DNA from: a virus
Virus record (IMG/VR): IMGVR_UViG_3300046820_001050
Coordinates: 1 to 64,000 of that record
Length of the DNA: 64,000 nt
Reading direction: 5' to 3' (one strand)
Shown here: piece by piece, positions 7,554 to 16,587 of the stretch
Numbering within the stretch: the first letter of the stretch is position 1
Layout of the letters: each line of letters starts with the position of its first letter
The notes under the pieces: generated by a model
Database searches by the model: none
Seen by the model: the letters and a program-made list of their open reading frames with translations, nothing else
Told to the model about the DNA's origin: nothing
Translations under genes and position numbers: made by a program

Positions 7554-7911
7554 TAATTTTATTGAACTTACCTTTGAAGAAGCAGATGAGCAATTCAAAT
7601 TTATGGTTAATAACTATGATGAGAATGCCTCCTTTGATGGTTTAATGTTTGAGACCTATGGCGATGAGGTAGAGTTTGTTAAGTCTCAATCCCCTGCCAA
7701 TATCTGGATGTATGGCGAGGGAGACGATGGTGGCCTCTACATTTGGTCTGGCTGGGGCTTTGTTAATAGGATTGGCTATTTTATTAGTGAGAACCCCGTG
7801 CCTGATAATACTACTATTCAGATTCAGGTTGCAGAGCCTGACTTGACATGTGATGACTGTGATGATATTATTGATATAGATGAAACCCACAAATGCGAGG
7901 AGCAAAAATGA
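7546..7911 (+). CDS. hypothetical protein
   Basis: GAGGAG SD; FETYG.E.EFV...G.GFVNRIGY phage pattern. Confidence 0.7.
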   Translation: MPNNFIELTFEEADEQFKFMVNNYDENASFDGLMFETYGDEVEFVKSQSPANIWMYGEGDDGGLYIWSGWGFVNRIGYFISENPVPDNTTIQIQVAEPDLTCDDCDDIIDIDETHKCEEQK

Positions 7912-8237
7912 AAACAGAAAGTATGACTCTTATTGGACAGTTTTTTGTAGATAGCGGACAAGCCATTGTTGGCGACCCATGTTATTTAGATGAGTGGCAG
8001 AATTGGGATAGTGATGTAGAACCATACGAAAACAATCTTAATAAGGTTGGAGAGTACGGATATCTTGGTGCATGTAATGCTACAGGTGGCAAGGGCTTTG
8101 GACAATTGGGCGGTATGAATGCCGTTGCATTTTCCACGGGATACGGAGACGGGCATTACCCTGTCTATGCAGACATCAATGAGGACGGACGAGTAACTAT
8201 GATTGTTATTCCTTTTATTAATGAGGAGGACAACTAA
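7908..8237 (+). CDS. DUF4241-like protein
   Basis: VDSG..GDPCY...STGYGDG.YPVY. Confidence 0.7.
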   Translation: MKTESMTLIGQFFVDSGQAIVGDPCYLDEWQNWDSDVEPYENNLNKVGEYGYLGACNATGGKGFGQLGGMNAVAFSTGYGDGHYPVYADINEDGRVTMIVIPFINEEDN

Positions 8238-8599
8238 TGGGAGCACGGATTAACTATGTATTTAAAGACTCACTAACGCACCCTTCAGTTGTACTTTATA
8301 GTCATTGGGGAGAGACCGAATGGCAGCGAGACATCGCCATGGCCTTAGAGCATGCTAAACCACGATGGATTGATGCGTCATACTGTACCCGCATGATGAT
8401 TAGTTATCTTATTCAAGACTGTGTGCTTGAAGAAACAGGGTTTGGTATTTATGCAGTCAACGGTCCTAACTACGAACTAATGGAGACCACTGTAGTTATC
8501 GACATGAATAACAAGACTGTCTATGAGGTGGGCTCAGACGTACATGTTCGATGGAATGATTTCATCGCAGCATATGCACCACAAAATATTAGCGCTTAG
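8237..8599 (+). CDS. hypothetical protein
   Basis: coupled ORF, MGARINY...LYSHWG. Confidence 0.7.
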   Translation: MGARINYVFKDSLTHPSVVLYSHWGETEWQRDIAMALEHAKPRWIDASYCTRMMISYLIQDCVLEETGFGIYAVNGPNYELMETTVVIDMNNKTVYEVGSDVHVRWNDFIAAYAPQNISA

Positions 8600-8720
8600 C
8601 GCAGCATATATCAGTGTGGATGGGTCCCTCACTGATTAACTAAATAAGGATAGGGAAGGCGTAGCCTGTGGGGGTTGCGCCTCCCTTCCCCTTCCTGTAT
8701 AATAGATAAAGAGGAGAGGC

Positions 8721-8963
8721 ATGACTTACAGCGTTCGCAGAAAACCCGAAAGCACAAAAGAAATACAGTTCTCAAACCGTTTAGCAAAGTTGCTAACTGA
8801 GGACATGGGACTCAACTTGGAAGCACTTGGCTTTCATTTAGTACATAACCACCCTGTTATCGTATCACGCAGACTCGAAGTCGTTGCATTGACGGCGGGG
8901 GAAGAGTATGATAAACTTATGACAGGATACTTAGGAGAGGATTACACAGCACTATGGAAGTAG
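8721..8963 (+). CDS. hypothetical protein
   Basis: GAGGAG SD; promoter TTGCGC-17-TATAAT. Confidence 0.7.
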   Translation: MTYSVRRKPESTKEIQFSNRLAKLLTEDMGLNLEALGFHLVHNHPVIVSRRLEVVALTAGEEYDKLMTGYLGEDYTALWK

Positions 8964-9250
8964 ACTTTGCAGATAGATGTGCCATTTTAGGACAGTTTTG
9001 GTATGAATACAGAGATGATGAGGAGTTAAAGCCTTTCATCTCATACAACGATGTGGGCTTGCCGCTTGCATGGTTTATTTCAACGGGAGTTGTAACAGCA
9101 CTGCCAATGTCAGAGGACTATGTTAATGAAACATTTGCCATGTTCCTTGATGCTTTAGAAGTTACAGAAGATGATGTTATCGATGTTGATAACCTTGAAG
9201 ATTTGCTTGCAATCGCAGAACAAAAGAAAAGCGAAAGAGAAGCAGAGTAG
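8954..9250 (+). CDS. acidic hypothetical protein
   Basis: overlapping ORF, YNDVGLPLA pattern. Confidence 0.7.
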   Translation: MEVDFADRCAILGQFWYEYRDDEELKPFISYNDVGLPLAWFISTGVVTALPMSEDYVNETFAMFLDALEVTEDDVIDVDNLEDLLAIAEQKKSEREAE

Positions 9251-9258
9251 CCACGGCT

Positions 9259-9274
9259 GCACCCTTCGGGGTGC
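9259..9274 (+). terminator. C(UUCG)G hairpin ending the early operon
   Basis: GCACCC-TTCG-GGGTGC 9 nt after a stop codon; no U tract. Confidence 0.55.
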
Positions 9275-9299
9275 GCCTAGGCGATCTAGAAAATATACC

Positions 9300-10100
9300 A
9301 CATATATCAAACCTTGTCAAACCTCATAGCAATGTATTACGAACCAATCTAAAAATTTCCCAGAAATAGATTACGATGGTTTGAAAATTTTTCCCAGAAG
9401 TTTACCATATCAAACCTTATTTGTCAAACCTTCATATCTAGGTGTATAATAAAGGTATGTCCCCTAGACACTTTGCTAACTATGCTAAGAATAACCCACA
9501 AGACTATCAGTCTTTCTCAGATAACGTATGGAACTCTTTTGTTACTGTTACTCATACTATAGGTTTGAATAGGTTCTTTACTTTTACCCCCGATTTTTTG
9601 CAGGACAAGAAAGTTGAGCAGGCCACAGGCCGCTTCGCCGCAGGCGAAATCCCAGGGGATCAAGCAAAGCAATAACAATACCCCCTATATAAGGTATTAC
9701 GAACCTTTGATTATTTTTCCCAGAGTTTTGGGATATTTTCCAAACCTTTATAAACTTTTATAAGGTTTTTTAAAAAGATTAAGATCCTTTCGTAAAAAAT
9801 CGCTGAACTTTTTAGGGCAAATCATGCATAAAAGATACTTGACAAACCATGGTTTTGCATGTATAATGCCCAAACCTTATATAATGGTTTGACACTATGG
9901 GGGATATGTGGTATAAGAGGTTTGGGGATAAGAGGTTTGATGGTTTGGCATTACGAACGCCGTCTATAAAAGCGCTCCCTACTCCACTATCCTCCACTTC
10001 ACTCCACTTCCACCCTATCTACTTATACTATCAGTAACATTTATCTGTGGATAACTTGTGGATAACTATGACATTTTTAGCCTATTGTCCTGTGGATAAC
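9300..10100. repeat. short-repeat array with three DnaA boxes: candidate origin or terminal-repeat boundary
   Basis: 13 CAAACC/GGTTTG, 4 ATTACGA, 3 TTTCCCAGA, tandem CTCCACT; TGTGGATAA at 10046, 10057, 10091. Confidence 0.6.
9457..9675 (+). CDS. hypothetical protein (leaderless)
   Basis: TATAAT-6nt-ATG. Confidence 0.45.
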   Translation: MSPRHFANYAKNNPQDYQSFSDNVWNSFVTVTHTIGLNRFFTFTPDFLQDKKVEQATGRFAAGEIPGDQAKQ

Positions 10101-10130
10101 TATCACAACACCCTATGATAGAATAGACAT

Positions 10131-10730
10131 ATGGACTATTTCATAGAAAGCCCTGACTACTCTATAGTCACAATTCCAAGGGTTGGCTCTAACTATCTTC
10201 AAGATAGAATCTTCCAACACACTGGTATATTTGTACAAAAATATCACAAAGTTCAAGATAACAAAATGATAACGGTAGTGAGAGACCCTATTGAACTACT
10301 TACATCAGAGTTGGCTATGGGTGTTTTCTATGATCCTGAAGGCAAGAAGATAAATGATAAACAAAAAAAACTCTGGGATGTGGAACTTCAAAGAGACTAT
10401 ATGAAGTATCTTTCAGACTCAGATGACATGGCAGTAATTGATGATTTCCACACAGTTATAGACTATAGAACCCTAATAGACTTTCCATATGAAACCACTC
10501 AGGCTATAGCCTCAATAATGGGTATTGAGATAATCCAAAGGGATTACACAAACACAAGACTTAGGGATTATTCAGAGTATAACCATATCCTATCAAGTAA
10601 AAAAGTCAAGGAGTATGATGAAATTAAGGCTCACCTACAAACTATGGATCTATCAAGAATGTATGAGTTCTATCATGAAATGCTTAAAAGATGTATAGAC
10701 ATTCCTGGCACAACTAGCCAGGGTATATAA
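10131..10730 (+). CDS. sulfotransferase-like P-loop protein
   Basis: TIPRVGSNYL (5'-PSB-like) and VRDP (3'-PB-like); leaderless start. Confidence 0.55.
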   Translation: MDYFIESPDYSIVTIPRVGSNYLQDRIFQHTGIFVQKYHKVQDNKMITVVRDPIELLTSELAMGVFYDPEGKKINDKQKKLWDVELQRDYMKYLSDSDDMAVIDDFHTVIDYRTLIDFPYETTQAIASIMGIEIIQRDYTNTRLRDYSEYNHILSSKKVKEYDEIKAHLQTMDLSRMYEFYHEMLKRCIDIPGTTSQGI

Positions 10731-10733
10731 AGA

Positions 10734-11054
10734 TTACGACACATCCTTTATAGCCTTATTGACCATACGGATCAAGGCCCTACGGGTTATCTTTGAAGCA
10801 TCAAAGGTCTCTGTGTATCCGTTTTGAGGCATATCCGCCTTATTCAGAAAATGTCCATGTCTTTCCCTTAGTGTTTTTAGTACTATAGATTCGACCTGTC
10901 TTGCCATATCCCGTTCGAAAAAATGCCAATACTTGACGAGTATCCATCCCTTGGTCCTATGGCTTGCAAACCTTCTTCCTGATATATCTGATATCCCTAC
11001 CTTGACAGCCTTATGTAGTGGGCTATATAGTATATATAAGACTGTTGATTCCAT
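10734..11054 (-). CDS. GIY-YIG / T5orf172-like nuclease
   Basis: LYIL...VKVGIS...RR...H...E...GYTETF; leaderless ATG at 11054. Confidence 0.65.
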   Translation of the reverse strand: MESTVLYILYSPLHKAVKVGISDISGRRFASHRTKGWILVKYWHFFERDMARQVESIVLKTLRERHGHFLNKADMPQNGYTETFDASKITRRALIRMVNKAIKDVS

Positions 11055-11118
11055 AGGATCATTATACTTGACATACCCTGCCAAATATGGGATACTTAAA
11101 GTATGAAAGAAGATAATA

Positions 11119-11460
11119 ATGCCTAACAAAAAAAATAAAAAGATAGACTGGTCAAATCCAGATAGAAAGATAGATTGGACAAACGCTATAGCCAAGGCTG
11201 AGCGTCAATTGGGTAGGAATAAGGCTGCTATTGAATCATCTGTCATGGGTACCCCATCAAACTGGTCAAGACCTAACTATAACAAACCTATGGTTGCTCC
11301 AGATCAATCCCCTCCAGATGAGAAGGTTAAGAAGCCTAAGAAACTAAGTAAGAAACAACGCAGAGCACACAATAAGGTCTTTGTCCCTCAACAAAAGCAA
11401 AAGGCTAAGAGGTCTACGGAAAACCAGGGTTTGCCAATAGTGAAGAAAGTTAACCAATAG
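11119..11460 (+). CDS. basic disordered hypothetical protein
   Basis: Lys-rich ORF with KIDW repeat. Confidence 0.5.
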   Translation: MPNKKNKKIDWSNPDRKIDWTNAIAKAERQLGRNKAAIESSVMGTPSNWSRPNYNKPMVAPDQSPPDEKVKKPKKLSKKQRRAHNKVFVPQQKQKAKRSTENQGLPIVKKVNQ

Positions 11461-11554
11461 TGCCCGTTTAGGGCATAGGGTGGTTTATTACTTCTATTTT
11501 GCGCCGAACTTTAAACCCATTTTTTGCCGAATCTAATATGCTATAATCTTTTAT

Positions 11555-12154
11555 ATGGACTATAAAATAAATGGAATAGGTGTTGGCAGGGATCCAAATA
11601 GCATAGAAAGAAAAGACTCGTACAGTGTCAATTTTGAAAAAATAGGAAACTCTAAAGATAACATCAAAGTGTTTAACAACTTCATATCAGATGATATTTG
11701 TGATGAACTTTTATCAGTCAAAGGGCTTCCACACAAGAATGAATCAGAATTTTGGTCCAATAGAGTATTTGCTAACAGACATATCAATGTGATTGCTGAT
11801 ACATTTAGAGAAAAAATAAGACTTATCATTGAAAAAGAATATAAAGTTGATATTTCACCTATAGCACCTGCTCAATCACAAATTAATCCAGCAATAATCT
11901 CATGGCATCCAGGAATCGATATGGGCTTACATGTTGATGACTTGGGCACTGAAGATTATCATATGGCAGCACTTATATATCTTAATGATAATTTTATTGG
12001 TGGGGAAATTTCTTTTCCAACGCATGGTATAGAAATTAAGCCTAAAAGTGGAGATCTTATTATATTCCCTGGAAATTTGAACTATGCACATAAGATAGAT
12101 CCTATTATTTCTGGTAACAGATATACCATGCCATTTTGGTTTAAGTACGAATAA
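11555..12154 (+). CDS. 2OG-Fe(II) oxygenase (prolyl-4-hydroxylase-like)
   Basis: LHVDD...YLNDNFIGGE...YAH...RY. Confidence 0.9.
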   Translation: MDYKINGIGVGRDPNSIERKDSYSVNFEKIGNSKDNIKVFNNFISDDICDELLSVKGLPHKNESEFWSNRVFANRHINVIADTFREKIRLIIEKEYKVDISPIAPAQSQINPAIISWHPGIDMGLHVDDLGTEDYHMAALIYLNDNFIGGEISFPTHGIEIKPKSGDLIIFPGNLNYAHKIDPIISGNRYTMPFWFKYE

Positions 12155-12186
12155 TTGACAAAGATATCATATGATATACTTGGTCT

Positions 12187-12834
12187 ATGATAGAAAATAA
12201 CAAAGAGTTTACTGGCGCAGTCGATGGAGTCTATGTAGTCAGAAATGCAGTTGTTGGAAATCGCCCAGACATGATACCAAGAGAAAAAAGTTATTTAGAT
12301 TTTTTGAATAAAGTTGGCGACTCTACGGAAAACATTAAAATAATTCCTAACTTTATAGGTGAAGAAGAAATTAAAGACCTTATGTCTCAGGTAGAAGTAA
12401 CAAAGGTAACAAGTTTTGTTTCTCAGAAAGATGCTAATGGTGAGCCAATAAACTGGATGCATACATATATGGGCATACATGATAGATTTAGCATAATCGA
12501 CAGAGTAACAAAAGAAATCAAAGATGCATACGGTTTTGATAACATAAGAGCAAAAGAACCACATCTTCATGTTGTACGATGGGACGAAGGTTCTGCACTA
12601 AAACTTCATGTAGATGACCTTGGGTACGTTACAGATAATAATATAGCAACACTAATCTATCTTAATGATGACTATGAAGGTGGAGAGATTTCTTTTGAAC
12701 AGCACAATCTTTCGGTTAAGCCCAAGACTGGTACACTACTTATATTTCCTGGAAATTTAAACTATGCACATGAAGTTAAAGAAGTTTTGTCTGGCAAAAG
12801 ATATACAGCACCTATCTGGTTTACGATAGTTTAA
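12187..12834 (+). CDS. 2OG-Fe(II) oxygenase (prolyl-4-hydroxylase-like)
   Basis: LHVDD...YLNDDYEGGE...YAHEV...RY. Confidence 0.9.
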   Translation: MIENNKEFTGAVDGVYVVRNAVVGNRPDMIPREKSYLDFLNKVGDSTENIKIIPNFIGEEEIKDLMSQVEVTKVTSFVSQKDANGEPINWMHTYMGIHDRFSIIDRVTKEIKDAYGFDNIRAKEPHLHVVRWDEGSALKLHVDDLGYVTDNNIATLIYLNDDYEGGEISFEQHNLSVKPKTGTLLIFPGNLNYAHEVKEVLSGKRYTAPIWFTIV

Positions 12835-12872
12835 GGTATAATTTAATAGTGACAACCAACTTAGAGGGAAAT

Positions 12873-13115
12873 ATGAACAAAAGAAAACTTTTAGATGGAT
12901 CTGAAGTTAATGATTACGATTATCCAATTGATTTAATACTACACACAAAGGCACCTGGCAAATGGAAGTTGATCGATCTTGAAACTGGACAAGAGTATCT
13001 TGGATCAGAAATATCTCATGATACATTCGCTGAACTTTTAAGAAGCAAAGTTTCCTACTCTAAGATAGGATCTTGGTTTAAAACTAAAGGAAGAGTAAAT
13101 AATAATGCAAAATAA
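12873..13115 (+). CDS. hypothetical protein
   Basis: GAGGG SD; TKAPGKWKLIDLETGQEY phage pattern. Confidence 0.7.
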   Translation: MNKRKLLDGSEVNDYDYPIDLILHTKAPGKWKLIDLETGQEYLGSEISHDTFAELLRSKVSYSKIGSWFKTKGRVNNNAK

Positions 13116-14547
13116 TAACAGACCAATAACCTTTCACTGGATGTGGAGAAGACACTGGCAAATAACTGACAGCATTGAGCACTTGGACCTTAACGGCATT
13201 ATGCAAATGGCAAAAGAGTTGGATGGGGCAGGAGTAAAGTCTGTTTTGCTTCCATATGGTCCAGGAGGTATTGATTTTTCATTAGTCATAAAGGAAGCAT
13301 TAGAAGAAACAAATAAACTAATAATGACAATTGCATTGCCAGCATATGGAACAAGTCCTGACTATGCTGCTAAGATTCTTGAAACTTTAAATAGATTTGC
13401 TCCTGGAAGAATTGGTGTAAACCTTGTCGCTGGAAGATGGGGTGATGAAGGAAATGGTCCTTCAGAAAAGTTAGTATTAGATCACTACATGCATGACTCA
13501 TCACTTATTGATACCCTTGAAAAAAGAGTAGGAGTATCTTCAGTTTGGATGGATAATGTTATGGACCTAATGAAAACCCATCAGCATAAAACACACATGG
13601 CTGTTGTTGGTTCTTCAGATACTACAATTGAAATAGCAAACAAGCATTGCGAATATATCTATGTAGATGATAATTTAGTTTATAGGGAACAGTTTAAGAA
13701 GATTGATCTTAGTCGTGTAAAGCCAATACTTATTATTGACCCACTTATTATTAATCATCCAGATGAAGAAAAAAATGCTACATACGATAAAAATGCAGCA
13801 CCAAGAAAACAACATCATCACGTAAAGGGTACAATAGCAGATGTTACTAGACAAATAAGAGAACTGTCAAATAAATTTGGCATATATGACTTTATGATAC
13901 ACACTGATCAAGAAGATATTAGCAAGTTACTAAAATTAGTAAAAGATTTTAACAATGTAGAACTGCCTCAGCAAAATCAGCAAAACTTTAAGAATGTTGT
14001 TACCTCTGAACTAACAAAGGAAAACTTTACTAACATTGGAAACCGTCCTGATAACATAAAGGTGTTTAACAACTATCTTAGTAAAGAAGAGTGTGCCAGC
14101 ATAATAGAACTAATTAACAAAACAGATACAAGCAACAACAGGTTATTGCAGTCAGACTCTTCTGGAAACCCAATCCTGTCCTTGTTGTACTACGATTCCC
14201 TTGATCTTTCTGAAAGATATATCCCTCAGATTAAGTCTTTCGTAGAACAAGAATACAACGTAAATCTTAAGCCAAGAAATTCTCGCTTTGCCCAATGGCA
14301 GCACATCGATAGCCATACAATACCAATAGATGACCTAGGACATAAGGACTCAAACCATTTGGCTGGCTGGGTATACTTAAACGATGACTATGAGGGTGGA
14401 GAACTATCCTTTATGCATCAGGATATATCGTTTAAGCCTAAGACTGGTGATTTGGTAATGTTCCCTGGGAATATTCACTACTGGTACAATGTAGGACCAA
14501 CAAATGGTTCAAGGTACATAATGCCTATCTGGTTTGATTTTATTTAA
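13105..14547 (+). CDS. luciferase-like (LLM) flavin monooxygenase fused to a degenerate 2OG-Fe(II) oxygenase domain
   Basis: N-terminal SsuD-like features (SPDYAAK..ETLNRFAPGRIGVNLVAG; VVGSS.TT..IA.KH.E); C-terminal YLNDDYEGGE domain lacking both metal-binding His. Confidence 0.75.
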   Translation: MQNNNRPITFHWMWRRHWQITDSIEHLDLNGIMQMAKELDGAGVKSVLLPYGPGGIDFSLVIKEALEETNKLIMTIALPAYGTSPDYAAKILETLNRFAPGRIGVNLVAGRWGDEGNGPSEKLVLDHYMHDSSLIDTLEKRVGVSSVWMDNVMDLMKTHQHKTHMAVVGSSDTTIEIANKHCEYIYVDDNLVYREQFKKIDLSRVKPILIIDPLIINHPDEEKNATYDKNAAPRKQHHHVKGTIADVTRQIRELSNKFGIYDFMIHTDQEDISKLLKLVKDFNNVELPQQNQQNFKNVVTSELTKENFTNIGNRPDNIKVFNNYLSKEECASIIELINKTDTSNNRLLQSDSSGNPILSLLYYDSLDLSERYIPQIKSFVEQEYNVNLKPRNSRFAQWQHIDSHTIPIDDLGHKDSNHLAGWVYLNDDYEGGELSFMHQDISFKPKTGDLVMFPGNIHYWYNVGPTNGSRYIMPIWFDFI

Positions 14548-14562
14548 TGATATAATAATTAG

Positions 14563-14688
14563 ATGAAAAAATCAAAATGTTTTTTTTGCACAAAAGATGC
14601 AACCCATTACGACATAGTCGTTGATCACGATGACTTTTTGGTTGCAGATGTATGTTTAGATCACCTATCTATGGGCCTAATATCTTGA
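14563..14688 (+). CDS. 41-aa C2CH zinc-finger peptide (leaderless)
   Basis: KCFFCTKDATH...DVCLDH. Confidence 0.55.
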   Translation: MKKSKCFFCTKDATHYDIVVDHDDFLVADVCLDHLSMGLIS

Positions 14689-14731
14689 TAATAAACTTGA
14701 CTAAACCACTACCTTAAGGTATACTAAATAT

Positions 14732-15016
14732 ATGGAACAATGGATGAATGACTATGCCTCATGGGTGCTTGTCATAAGTGGCGCAGCAGCCATGTTTACG
14801 ATTGGTCGTAAGAAGCGATGGGGTTGGCTTTGGTTTATATTTAATGAGTTTATGTGGACTGCCTACGCATTAATCACAAAACAATATGGATTTATTCTTG
14901 GTGCTATTCTATACGGAATAGTGGGAGTAAGGTCATACATGAGATGGAAAGATATATCATTAGACAAACACTCATGGAACAAGTTCCTTCGTTTAGTCTG
15001 GTCAAGCAATGATTAA
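14732..15016 (+). CDS. small PnuC-like membrane protein
   Basis: three hydrophobic segments, GRKKRWGWL...YA..TKQYGFI. Confidence 0.6.
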   Translation: MEQWMNDYASWVLVISGAAAMFTIGRKKRWGWLWFIFNEFMWTAYALITKQYGFILGAILYGIVGVRSYMRWKDISLDKHSWNKFLRLVWSSND

Positions 15017-15215
15017 CATGGAGATTCCTGATCCATTCCAAACCTTCGTAGCCAAAAAGTATGCTAACGCCAAAGGTTATGTTCATGACTTCTTTACTGG
15101 GGAATGGTCTTATAAGTGTAGTGCTTGTAAAGATGATCTTTATGCTCCATCCCGCAAAATTATGACAAAGATTAGATTATTTCATACACGCAACGAATGC
15201 CTTGGAGGGTACTGA
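15009..15215 (+). CDS. zinc-finger hypothetical protein
   Basis: YKCSAC...HTRNEC. Confidence 0.6.
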   Translation: MINMEIPDPFQTFVAKKYANAKGYVHDFFTGEWSYKCSACKDDLYAPSRKIMTKIRLFHTRNECLGGY

Positions 15216-15409
15216 TGAAGATAGGTCCATATACATTACGCAAACCATGGGTTAAGTATGTTAATATTGAATTAGATATTGAAGAACAAATGACCAGAGC
15301 AATTATGAACTCAATTAGATCAGATATTGTGGCAGACATTATCTCTTTAGATCTTTGTGATATAGATTGTGATGTGATTCACTACCTTGAAAAAACGGCA
15401 CGAGCATGA
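15215..15409 (+). CDS. hypothetical protein
   Basis: coupled ORF with GGAGG SD. Confidence 0.55.
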   Translation: MKIGPYTLRKPWVKYVNIELDIEEQMTRAIMNSIRSDIVADIISLDLCDIDCDVIHYLEKTARA

Positions 15410-15542
15410 GATACTTTACAAAGGGCTGGTTAAAGGGTGGTGTTACTGATTCCTGGGGTTTTGCAATTGAGTTCTACCCAAGAGAAAGATCATTGAGCAT
15501 TACTTTTATACATTGGTATTTAATTATTGAGAAGGATTACAC

Positions 15543-15731
15543 ATGAGCGATGCATTAACTATTTATATATCCCGCCAACAATTTGGCTGGGCTTCAGATA
15601 TATGGCGTGGAAGCGACAATATTGGTGGATGCACTGGTCCAACACTTGTTGGTGTAATTGACTTAACGCATGAAATAATTGCAGAGAGTGACCCAACATG
15701 GGCTGATTTTAATGCGAATGAGGACTTATGA
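15543..15731 (+). CDS. hypothetical protein
   Basis: AAGGA SD. Confidence 0.55.
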   Translation: MSDALTIYISRQQFGWASDIWRGSDNIGGCTGPTLVGVIDLTHEIIAESDPTWADFNANEDL

Positions 15732-15884
15732 CACACGATAAAGATTTAACAAAAGGAATGCTTAAGGGAATGGCAGTGACTGCTTTGATCTCGCCAGTAT
15801 TTGGTATTAGTTTTATGGTTCTATTATCATTCCCACTTACCTGGGTAATTTTTCAAGGTATTTATAACTTAGAAAGAGTAGACA

Positions 15885-16097
15885 ATGACACACGATGAAT
15901 TACTAATTGAAATCAATCGTAGGTTAGATGTTGCACTTTACAATGGTGATGCTCAATCAATACATGCGCTTCGTGCAGTAGTAGAATTGCATAAGCCAAC
16001 CGAGTATAGCGATTGTTCTCATTGTTTTGGGTTGCATAGTATGGGTGAAACTTATCCCTGCCCAACTGTTCAGGCTATTGAGAAGGAGTTGGGATGA
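15885..16097 (+). CDS. actinophage-type hypothetical protein
   Basis: ALRAVVELHKP...C..C...YPCPT..AI pattern. Confidence 0.7.
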   Translation: MTHDELLIEINRRLDVALYNGDAQSIHALRAVVELHKPTEYSDCSHCFGLHSMGETYPCPTVQAIEKELG

Positions 16098-16345
16098 TAA
16101 TCAAAATATTATGGCTTATCTGTTCATTGATTGTATTTAGGTACACACTAAAGAATATGATTAAAGAAGAATTAAAAATTTTTGGTGGGATAGATGCAAT
16201 CCTATTAGGAATATTTATTATCATGTCTATTATAATTGCTGCAGCAGGACCTATTGCAATAGTGGCGTTCCTTGTGTATAATGGACTTAAGGGGATTGCC
16301 AACGGTATTAGCGAAGGGTATCAAAATGAACGAAGCAGAGTTTGA
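16094..16345 (+). CDS. membrane protein
   Basis: hydrophobic segments; AAGGAG SD. Confidence 0.55.
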   Translation: MIIKILWLICSLIVFRYTLKNMIKEELKIFGGIDAILLGIFIIMSIIIAAAGPIAIVAFLVYNGLKGIANGISEGYQNERSRV

Positions 16346-16587
16346 CCAAGAGTTTAATTTAGAATACATTACGAACGCCATAGTTAATCAGGCTAAGGCT
16401 GATGTTAAGTCTAAGTTTGGTAATAAGAAACGGCATAGACAATAATGATAAACTTTCTGCCAAATTCTGATAGATCCGCCTATGACTCTGATGAAGAGTG
16501 GGAAAAAGCAATGGCTATTCATAAGGAGTTAGTAAAAATTAGTGCATCTTGGAACGTAGACAACAAAGATAACTATAAGGACTGGTA

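Noticed and set aside
9812-9997. 61-aa minus-strand ORF
   Set aside because: Lies within the short-repeat array, against local gene orientation, with no recognisable features.
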